A stretch of DNA of 24,000 nucleotides from Candidatus Methanorudis spinitermitis (GTDB taxonomy: Archaea > Methanobacteriota > Methanobacteria > Methanobacteriales > Methanobacteriaceae), in assembly GCA_031286225.1 (NCBI GenBank), contig JAITUQ010000042.1:28231-52230 (forward strand). The letters are read 5' to 3'. The notes below the pieces were generated by a model that had not been told where the DNA came from, did no database searches, and saw only the letters and a program-made list of their open reading frames with translations. Numbering within the stretch: position 1 is the first letter of the stretch; each line of letters begins with the position of its first letter. A program made the translations under genes and the position numbers. Below, piece after piece: positions 8,882 through 16,899 of this stretch.

Positions 8882-9721
8882 CTATTGCCGTAATTTACTT
8901 TCAGCTATTTCAGATTTAGAATCACATTTTTCTAATATAATATTATTAATACTTTTTTCTAACATACTTGGTTTAAATGAAATCTGAACATTAGCACTAC
9001 CTTTAGAAATTTTTTTAACACTAACAATTCCATCTGCCTCTTGCAATCCTTCAATAGCACAATCAACATTTTTATCAACTTTAATTTTAGCTACAGCATA
9101 ATTCCAATTGGTCATCTTATTAGCTAACTCAATTTTATCCATTTCGATATCAATAAGTTCTTTTATGTAAGTATACATCGGTAATAAAATAATAACTACG
9201 GTTAATCCAGCAATTGTTGTTATTAATGCGATATAAATACCCTCAGCCATAGTTTCAACACTTGGATTTACTCCTAAAGATTTAAATGTAATCCAAATCC
9301 CAATTACAGTACCAATAAGCCCTAAAAATGGAGCTAATTCAATTATTGTTTTTAAAATATTCAAACCACTTGTCATTTTACTTAATTCGACAATAAATAC
9401 TTGTTCCATTCCTTCTTCCACTTCAGTCTTATTTTTATAACCAATTTTAAGAGCTTCAGATATGATTTTAGAAACAGGACTTTTATATTGATTTATCTCT
9501 TTTAAAGCTTCAATAGCTCCTCCTCTTTCCATATTGGCAGTAACATTTCCCATTATTTCAGTAGTATCTATTTTTGATATTCGTTTAAGATAAAGTATTT
9601 TTTGTATTGAAGTTATTATTCCATAAACGCCAATTAAAGTAATTACATATGTTATGACTCCACCATTTGTAAACATATCGATTATAGTGGCGAATATTTC
9701 TGTAAAAAATTCAAATATCAT
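8882..9721 (-). CDS. MotA/TolQ/ExbB-family proton channel protein with an extra C-terminal domain
   Basis: It has three TM helices. TM2 carries the family motif APFLGLIGTVIGIW, and TM3 is EGIYIALITTIAGLTVVIILL. A GAGGAT SD lies upstream. About 75 additional residues after TM3 are not seen in classical ExbB/TolQ. Confidence 0.8.
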   Translation of the reverse strand: MIFEFFTEIFATIIDMFTNGGVITYVITLIGVYGIITSIQKILYLKRISKIDTTEIMGNVTANMERGGAIEALKEINQYKSPVSKIISEALKIGYKNKTEVEEGMEQVFIVELSKMTSGLNILKTIIELAPFLGLIGTVIGIWITFKSLGVNPSVETMAEGIYIALITTIAGLTVVIILLPMYTYIKELIDIEMDKIELANKMTNWNYAVAKIKVDKNVDCAIEGLQEADGIVSVKKISKGSANVQISFKPSMLEKSINNIILEKCDSKSEIAESKLRQ

Positions 9722-10237
9722 ACTTATCCTCTTTTTTAAAAAGCTTATTTAAAGCTAAAATGCAAATATTTAATTTATTATATAATAATTAATTGTTTTT
9801 AATTAATTTTAATTATTTATAAATTTTTTTAAATATAAGACTCAACATTTGATTTGAAATTATCATTAAAAATGATATTTAATATATATTGAAATTTACT
9901 TTTTTTGAGCTATATTTTCTTATATTCTACAAATCATTATTTCAAAACATTTTAGGTACTATATATTTCAAATAGCTATAATTAAGTTAATTTATTTTTC
10001 TGATAATAAATATTTTTATATTATTATGGTTTAGAATATCCATCATAATTTTAAAATTTATCATTAATTGTATTATTAAATTTACCTGAATATTGTATAG
10101 GTTATAGATGAACTGAAAAAAGAGTTATTGATTAAAATTTCAGTTAGGCTTGTTTACATTTTCATAAAATAAAATTTTATAATATAAACCTCTGTTTACT
10201 TTAATTTTATTAATTAAAACTTCAATGAATGAATTTA

Positions 10238-10858
10238 TTATTTTTTAAGTTTTTGTACAGTATTCCAGGATTTTCTAACTATATCTGGCATTTCACTGTA
10301 GCTAAATTTTTTCAAGAATTCTTTTGTTTTTGGATCACTAGGGTAACCTGACCCTACATCTCCTATTTCTCTATATTCTTTTTTTATTTTTTCAATAATT
10401 TGATCTCTTTTAGATTTAGCTACTATTGATGCAGCAGCTACTTGTAAATATTTTTCATCTGCTTTATGTTCCGATACTATTTTCGCGTCACTAACAACTT
10501 TTTTGATTCCTTCTTCAAGTCTCTTTGGTTTGATATCTACTGAATCAATTATTATTTTGTCCCATTTGAGTTTTTTAATAATTTTTATCATAGCTATTTT
10601 TTCAATCTCATTTAAGTTTACACCTTTAGCTCTTAAACTGTCAATATCTTTAGCTGTAATCTCAACAGTTTCGAATTCAAACATACTTTCTAATTTACGA
10701 GACAATACTTTTCTTCGTCTAGGAGTTAATTTTTTAGAATCTTTTATTCCCATCCTATTTAGAATAACTACCTTTTCTTCAGGAATAACAATTCCTGCAA
10801 CTATAAGGGGACCAATCACAGGTCCTCTACCTGCTTCATCTATTCCTAATATGTTCAT
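10238..10858 (-). CDS. rnhB: Ribonuclease HII
   Basis: The call rests on the N-terminal GIDEAGRGPVIGPLIVAG catalytic motif, DSKKL, AASIVAK and GSGYPSD motifs. A GGTGGG SD lies upstream. Confidence 0.9.
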   Translation of the reverse strand: MNILGIDEAGRGPVIGPLIVAGIVIPEEKVVILNRMGIKDSKKLTPRRRKVLSRKLESMFEFETVEITAKDIDSLRAKGVNLNEIEKIAMIKIIKKLKWDKIIIDSVDIKPKRLEEGIKKVVSDAKIVSEHKADEKYLQVAAASIVAKSKRDQIIEKIKKEYREIGDVGSGYPSDPKTKEFLKKFSYSEMPDIVRKSWNTVQKLKK

Positions 10859-11111
10859 TAACCCACCTTAAGATTAAGATTTTTTAAGCTTTTTTTTTTA
10901 AATAATACTTCTTTTCTATTAAATAAATTTAATTTTAACTATGGTGTATTAGTTTTCCAATGATTCCATTTGAATAAATATTTTGAATTTTAAATAAAAA
11001 GTATAATTCTATTTTTTAATAAATCAAAGATAATGAAAAATATTTAAAAAAAAAATTTATAGAAATTATTAAAAAATTAATGAGAATAAATAGAGAAATA
11101 ATAAAAAAAGT

Positions 11112-11121
11112 AAAAAAAAAA
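11112..11121 (-). terminator. Oligo-T tract (T10 on the minus strand) downstream of mreB
   Basis: An A10 run on the plus strand lies 87 nt past the mreB stop. A shorter T7 (11150-11156) lies 52 nt past the stop. Either could terminate the 210-aa-ORF/mreB transcript. The AT-rich background makes this weak. Confidence 0.3.
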
Positions 11122-11207
11122 TTAAATAATTAAAATATTTAGGACAATTAAAAAAATATTTGTGTTTGGTTTTTAATTGAAATAAAATTTGTTAATTATA
11201 TAATAAA

Positions 11208-12293
11208 TTATTTCATAGCTTTTAAACGAACTTCAGGTTCTAAAGCACGGGGTTCAGCTGCAACAATAGCTGCACCTTTAGCTACAACAGTCATAGGATC
11301 GTCATAGACAATGACTGGAATACTCAAATCATCACATATTCTTTCTTTAAGTCCTCTTAATCTAGAACTTCCTCCAACGGCTACTGTGTTGCTATATATT
11401 CCTGCAATTAACTCTGGAGTGAGTTTTTCTAAAACTTCATCTAAACCATCAATTATTTCTTTTATGATCGGTTCTGCAGCATCAGCTATCAGCATTGAAT
11501 CTATAATAACTTTTTTAGGTCTGTTTGTTTCAACAGATTTTCCAATAACCTCAATACTTAGATTTTCCAAGCTTTCATTACAATGAATCATACCTACATT
11601 CATTTTAGCTGCTTCAGCTGCGTGTATTCCAATTTTCACATGGAACCTTTCTTTGACAATATCTACAATATTGTTGTCAATGTCATCTCCTCCACGTCTA
11701 ACTGTTTTTATATCAGTTATTCCACCAAGAGAGATAACAACTAAGTCAGTTGATCCTGCACCAACATCAATTACCATTGTTCCATTAGGTTCAGCTATAG
11801 GTAACCCAGCTCCAATAGCTGCAGATAATCCTTCACTAATCACTAAAACAAAGTCTGCTCCTGCTTTTTTGGCTATTTCTTCAGCAGCATTTTTTTCTAC
11901 TTCAGAAGCATCTCCTGGAATTCCAATAACAACTCTAGAAATAGTTTCTCCATTACTAGTTCCAATTTCAATTGCTTTAGATAATAATGCTTTTGCCTGA
12001 ACTTTACTTTCAATTACTCCTTTTTTTAAGGGTCTTACTGCAACTATATCTTCTGGAGTTCTTCCTAACATTAACTTAGCTTCTTCTCCAACAGCTAATA
12101 CTGCTGTAGGGTCTTCTTTTTTAATGGCCACAACTGAAGGGATTTGATATAAATCAAATTTATCTCCTGATGGTTTTGCAATAACCGTATTTAGAGTACC
12201 TAAATCTATTCCTAAACTATTATTCATTCCTTTTTTTTTCCTTGGTTCTAGAGGTTTTTCCACTTTATTACTTTTATTTTTGAAAATACTCAT
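11208..12293 (-). CDS. mreB: MreB-type actin-like cytoskeletal protein
   Basis: The call rests on GIDLGTLNT (phosphate 1), PSVVA, VGEEAKLMLGRTPEDIVAVRPLKKGVI, IDVGAGSTDLVVISLGG (phosphate 2), VGGSSRLRGL (adenosine motif) and DDPMTVVAKGAA. A GGAG SD lies 9 nt upstream of ATG 12293. Its start is 2 nt after the stop of the upstream ORF. Confidence 0.85.
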   Translation of the reverse strand: MSIFKNKSNKVEKPLEPRKKKGMNNSLGIDLGTLNTVIAKPSGDKFDLYQIPSVVAIKKEDPTAVLAVGEEAKLMLGRTPEDIVAVRPLKKGVIESKVQAKALLSKAIEIGTSNGETISRVVIGIPGDASEVEKNAAEEIAKKAGADFVLVISEGLSAAIGAGLPIAEPNGTMVIDVGAGSTDLVVISLGGITDIKTVRRGGDDIDNNIVDIVKERFHVKIGIHAAEAAKMNVGMIHCNESLENLSIEVIGKSVETNRPKKVIIDSMLIADAAEPIIKEIIDGLDEVLEKLTPELIAGIYSNTVAVGGSSRLRGLKERICDDLSIPVIVYDDPMTVVAKGAAIVAAEPRALEPEVRLKAMK

Positions 12294-12295
12294 TC

Positions 12296-12928
12296 TTATT
12301 TCTCCATAATAATATCCTTAAAGTCTATAACAAAAATTTTATTTGATTTAGCTATTTTTTTGATATTTTTCACATCTTTTTCTTTTTCCATAGATACGAG
12401 TACAGTTGAAAGTATAACATCGCTCATATTGAACAAAGGAGCAATTATATTAGATATTAAACTTGGAAGCCACATATTAACCTTTAAATCTGTTTCTATG
12501 AATCCAGTAGTTTGATCTTCTAATAATATTGAAAATTGTGATTCTAATCTTTCAACATCTCCAACGAATTTTTTTATTGCATCTTCTGGAGCTACTAATA
12601 ACATTAAATTAGGTTCATCACTTACATAATATGGAGCAATTTGGATATAAGCTCCACCATCATCTTTACAGATGTAGCTAAGCTCTCTTATCTTACTTGA
12701 ATCTCCATATATCATAATAAAATCGAATTTTTTATAAACAAAAGATTCTTTTAAAAGAACATGTTCTCTAAAAAGTATTTTAACTCGATCTTTAGAAGCT
12801 ATAGCTGCATAAGCTATATTATTTACTAGCTCTTCATTACCAGCTATTACACACCATAGGTTATATGAGCTTTGCTCGGTAGAAACTTTAGCTGCTTTTC
12901 TTAGAACTTGTATTTTGTCTTCTATCAT
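12296..12928 (-). CDS. Hypothetical protein, translationally coupled to mreB
   Basis: This 210-aa ORF is on the same strand as its flanking genes, and its TAA stop lies 2 nt before the mreB ATG. I recognise no motif. It has mixed alpha/beta character and one moderately hydrophobic stretch (WLPSLISNIIAPLFNMSDVILSTVLVSM). Confidence 0.6.
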   Translation of the reverse strand: MIEDKIQVLRKAAKVSTEQSSYNLWCVIAGNEELVNNIAYAAIASKDRVKILFREHVLLKESFVYKKFDFIMIYGDSSKIRELSYICKDDGGAYIQIAPYYVSDEPNLMLLVAPEDAIKKFVGDVERLESQFSILLEDQTTGFIETDLKVNMWLPSLISNIIAPLFNMSDVILSTVLVSMEKEKDVKNIKKIAKSNKIFVIDFKDIIMEK

Positions 12929-13632
12929 ATGTTCACATCTATGTTTTTACCAACAATCAAATTTATTAAATTTATAAATGATTTATAAAAACAATTAATA
13001 TAAGGTTTAATATATAAAAGTTGGGATTTAAAATTCGATTTTTAAAAATAACTAAAGTCAATGAGAATTTAGTAATTAAATTCAGATGGAAATCTGTTTA
13101 TTAACATTATATAATAATGTAGAATTATTATATATACTTCATATACTTATATTTTGATTGAATATTTAATTAAATGAATTTTTTACAAATTTTAGGCACA
13201 ATAGATATTCTATTTATTAAAAAAAATTATTTAAAGTATTGTTTATAAATTGGATTAAAACATACAATTTATTTTTTAATAAATAATATAATTTTTCTTT
13301 TTAAATATTTAAGTTTTTATCAATTTAATTATTTATAAGTAATTATTTCATATAGAAACTTAAATTTATATTGTAATAAATATTATATTCATGTGATTAT
13401 AATTTTTATAAATTTACTAGTATTTGATTATAATTTTATCATATTCTTTTAAAATGATTATTTAAAACTAGATTTTTATATTAGTTTAAAAAACATAAAG
13501 GATTTTAAAACATTTATATCTTGATTTAAATATGCTCTAATCTTAAATAATTAGTTTATACTTGTATAAAATATTTTAGATTAAAGAAAAAATTAATAAA
13601 TATCTAATAAAAAGTATTACTGGAGTCAATTT

Positions 13633-14334
13633 ATGGAATTTGAAAAAAAAGGAATAAGATTTTTTCTAGCTCTACCTGATGTAATTTCTTTGCTGAATTT
13701 ATCTTTTGGATTTTTAGCTATTTTGGTAGCTTTCAATGGAAATGTCAATTTATCATCAGTTTTAATTATTATATCAATTGTTTTTGACTCGATTGATGGA
13801 TGGGTAGCTAGAAAAATAGGTAGAAATGATGAATATGATTTTGGAAAAAATATTGATTCGCTTTCAGATGTTGTTTCCTTTGGAATAGCTCCAGGTGTAC
13901 TTCTGTATTCTATTGGAAATAGCCATCCTCCTGAAATAAGTCTTTTTGTACCTATTGTTTCCTTGTTTATGGTGATTTGTGGGGTTTTAAGACTAACAAG
14001 GTTTAATGTTATATGTAATAAGGTAGATTATGATGGATTCATTGGTTTACCAATACCAACAATAGCTATTCTACTTTCAACATTTGTTTTAAGTGGATTT
14101 TTTAATATTTACATTTGTTTAGTTTTGATGATAGTTACTGGGCTTTTAATGATCAGTAATGTGAAATATCCAAAATTTGACAATATTAAAATTATTTCAT
14201 TTGGAGCTTTATTGATATTGTTGATTATTATTTTCTATTTGCTAAATTTAGCAGGACTAAATATTTTTGCTACAATACTTTTTGCATTAACTGTGATATA
14301 TGTTGTCATTAATTTTATAAAAGCTTTGAATTAA
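13633..14334 (+). CDS. pssA: CDP-alcohol phosphatidyltransferase, archaetidylserine synthase-like
   Basis: The signature D-x2-D-G-x2-A-R...G-x3-D-x3-D is present as FDSIDGWVARKIGRNDEYDFGKNIDSLSDV. The protein is polytopic and hydrophobic, and its size of about 230 aa is typical of PssA-type enzymes. Confidence 0.8.
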   Translation: MEFEKKGIRFFLALPDVISLLNLSFGFLAILVAFNGNVNLSSVLIIISIVFDSIDGWVARKIGRNDEYDFGKNIDSLSDVVSFGIAPGVLLYSIGNSHPPEISLFVPIVSLFMVICGVLRLTRFNVICNKVDYDGFIGLPIPTIAILLSTFVLSGFFNIYICLVLMIVTGLLMISNVKYPKFDNIKIISFGALLILLIIIFYLLNLAGLNIFATILFALTVIYVVINFIKALN

Positions 14335-14425
14335 TATTCATGATAATTTGATATTATATTATCATTTATTTTTTTATAGAATATTTTTCATGATTCTAAT
14401 TCAATCATTATAATTCATTTTTCAT

Positions 14426-16270
14426 TTGTTATCATCTATAGTGATTCCAATTTTCAATAGCTTGGGGTATGATATATTGAGAGATGATTATAATAATGGG
14501 CATGATTTTAAAAGAAAAAGTAACAAAGAAAACAAGGATAATGCTTTGAAAAATGAGAATAAAACTGATGATAATATAAACAGTAATATGGATAATGTTG
14601 ATATTGAGGAAAAAAAGAAAAATAAATTGTTTAAATCATTTATAAACTTTTTTACAAAGATTTCAAATAAAATTGATAATTTAACTGGCTTAGATGATGA
14701 TGGTCATGATAATCATAAAGTAGGAAATAAAGAAAATATTAATGATAATATTGATGAACATTTTATTAATTATCTTAATATTAGATATAATAATTCTAAT
14801 AATCAAAAAAACAGTAAAAAAGAATTTAATAAATATAAAAAACAGGATAAAGTTAATTATGAGAAAAATATCACTGATAAAGAAATAAACATCAATGATT
14901 TTCATATTAAAAAAGATAAAACCCATAAATATAATGATGGCTTAGTTTTTCTTAGGAATTTAAAAAAAATAAATAAATTTTCAAAAGATGAAGATGTTCA
15001 TGATAAAAAGACTAAGCAATTTTTTTCAGCTAATGATTATTTAATTAAAAATAAAGAAATTGATGAAGATTTTAAAAATAATTCAGATAAAAATATTTTC
15101 AATGAAAAAAAAATTAATTTAAGAGATTTATTCAAGTTAAATAAGAAAAACTTCAATAAAATCAAAAATAGGATTGTAACTGATGAAGAGACAAAGACTC
15201 TTATGGGGGCAGCTATTTTTGGATTAATATTAATTATTATTGCTTCATCGTCCTATTATTTTTTCTTTTATCAACCTTTTCAAGAAGAATTAAATAGTGT
15301 AAAAATAGCTAAGCTAAATGAATTAAATTCTATTTATAAGGGACCATTAGCTCTTGATAATGAAGCATTTACATTAAAATCCCAGATTGAAAATGCAAAT
15401 TCTCCTGAAGAAATTAAAACTATTGATATAATTAGACCCGCTACTGAGTCTTGGCGTTATTATCATAATAAAGAGATAAATATTGTTAAAGATGATTTTA
15501 ATAGGGTCATGGTAACTTATACGGCTAATAAAACTAAAAATATTATTACTGATGTTGATAGTGCTCATAAAATGGTAGCTGACAATGATGCTTTAGTTTT
15601 AGCTAATATGGAATTTAAAAAACCAAATACTGTTGTTATTCCTATCTTAATAACCAGACTTCAAGCTGGAGCTGGGTTAATTTCTGTTGGAAGTATTGTT
15701 GATATTTATATTTTAAAATCTGACAATAACAATAATTCTCCGAGTTCATCAAATTCAGACAATGGAAATGGAACTAATCTTAATTCTCCCGATTCATATG
15801 CTAATCAAAATTTATTAAACAATGAAAATAATGAGGATTCTTCTATTTTAGATGAAGGTCCTGATATTAGTGGAGTGACAGTTTTAGCTATTATGCGTTC
15901 TAAAGACAGTGGATCTATTGATGCTAATTATATAAAGACTAAAATAAATGCTAATGGAATAATTACAAATCAAATTGAAAATAGCCAATCTTTTTCTACT
16001 GACGTTGAAGAAATGCTTCGTGGAGCTATTGCAGGAGGATTTAATGAAGCTTTAATAGCTCAACTTTTAGATAAATATGGTTTAAAGTTAGCTGATTATG
16101 AAAGACGTTCTAATTTAGCTGAATTAGATATTCAGTATTTATTGTTAATTGAAGTTCCTCGAACTGATGTTTCATATACAATAAACAATATGGATAATTT
16201 AATTTTAACTATCCCTACAGAACATGCTCCTAATTGGATGATAGATGAGTTAAAATCAACTTATGCTTAA
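14426..16270 (+). CDS. Large bitopic membrane protein: K/N/D-rich N-terminal region, one TM helix, ectodomain with a CpaB/RcpC-like beta-clip pattern
   Basis: The ORF is 614 codons long. aa 1-260 are a low-complexity Lys/Asn/Asp-rich region. A single TM helix (GAAIFGLILIIIASSSYYFFFY) spans aa 261-282. The roughly 330-aa C-terminal part has ordinary composition and is interrupted by an N/S-rich linker. The start is uncertain: TTG 14426 has no SD, while TTG 14477 has GGGGT 8 nt upstream. Confidence 0.65.
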   Translation: MLSSIVIPIFNSLGYDILRDDYNNGHDFKRKSNKENKDNALKNENKTDDNINSNMDNVDIEEKKKNKLFKSFINFFTKISNKIDNLTGLDDDGHDNHKVGNKENINDNIDEHFINYLNIRYNNSNNQKNSKKEFNKYKKQDKVNYEKNITDKEININDFHIKKDKTHKYNDGLVFLRNLKKINKFSKDEDVHDKKTKQFFSANDYLIKNKEIDEDFKNNSDKNIFNEKKINLRDLFKLNKKNFNKIKNRIVTDEETKTLMGAAIFGLILIIIASSSYYFFFYQPFQEELNSVKIAKLNELNSIYKGPLALDNEAFTLKSQIENANSPEEIKTIDIIRPATESWRYYHNKEINIVKDDFNRVMVTYTANKTKNIITDVDSAHKMVADNDALVLANMEFKKPNTVVIPILITRLQAGAGLISVGSIVDIYILKSDNNNNSPSSSNSDNGNGTNLNSPDSYANQNLLNNENNEDSSILDEGPDISGVTVLAIMRSKDSGSIDANYIKTKINANGIITNQIENSQSFSTDVEEMLRGAIAGGFNEALIAQLLDKYGLKLADYERRSNLAELDIQYLLLIEVPRTDVSYTINNMDNLILTIPTEHAPNWMIDELKSTYA

Positions 16271-16659
16271 GTATTTACTAAATTTTAGCTATAATATACA
16301 CAATTTTAACTATTATATTTATACAGTAAATTTTTTACAGGAAAAATTGTTTGTTTTAATTATTATCCTTTTTATAAATTAAAACACTTATAATAAAATA
16401 ATAATATTTGAAATAAATCTCATATAAATTATAATATAAAAAATAAACTAATATATCTATTAAAATAAAAAATTAAATAAATTCATTATAAATAATGTAA
16501 AAAATAAGTTTTCTATTTAGAAATTTCTAATAAGAATAAAAGATATTTAAAATTTTATACATAGCTATTTATCACAACTATAAATAATGTTATTTTGTTT
16601 ATAATCGATGCTGTCAAACTTTAGCCTTTATTAACTATTTTCATAAAAAAGATATCCAA

Positions 16660-16760
16660 ATGAGAAATATACATTGTAGTTATGAAATATATATTGTTAT
16701 ATGAGAAATTTATTACTTTATTGAGAAACATATTGCTATGGATAATTTTTTGAGAGTAAA
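16660..16760. repeat. Four (possibly five) tandem imperfect ~20-bp repeats, core TGAGAAAyATAyWTTGyTAT
   Basis: The TGAGAAA/TGAAATA cores begin at 16661, 16683, 16702 and 16722, a period of about 20-21 bp. A degenerate TGAGAGTAAA lies at 16751. The array lies 140-240 bp upstream of the sortase ATG, inside a 629-bp intergenic region. Confidence 0.6.
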
Positions 16761-16899
16761 ATTTTGACATAATCTTATAATTAAATAACAAGATTAAATA
16801 TTAATTAATAACACAATTTTATTTATAGTTTATTTTATTTTAAATTAGGTTTTAAATTATTAGAAACAGGATTTAACAATAGTTTAATTAGGTGTTTAA

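Noticed and set aside
14426-15205. The Lys/Asn/Asp-rich first 260 codons of the 614-aa ORF, considered as a separate feature (tandem repeat protein or non-coding region)
   Set aside because: I could see no clear periodic repeat unit. The composition mirrors AAT/AAA/GAT codon bias in AT-rich DNA. I kept it as part of the ORF and flagged the start uncertainty rather than calling a distinct element.
16190-16270. Possible sortase signal IPTEH near the C-terminus of the 614-aa protein (LILTIPTEHAPNWMIDELKSTYA)
   Set aside because: It is not followed by a hydrophobic helix and a basic tail, and the motif lacks the Gly/Ala of LPXTG-type signals. It is unlikely to be a sorting signal.
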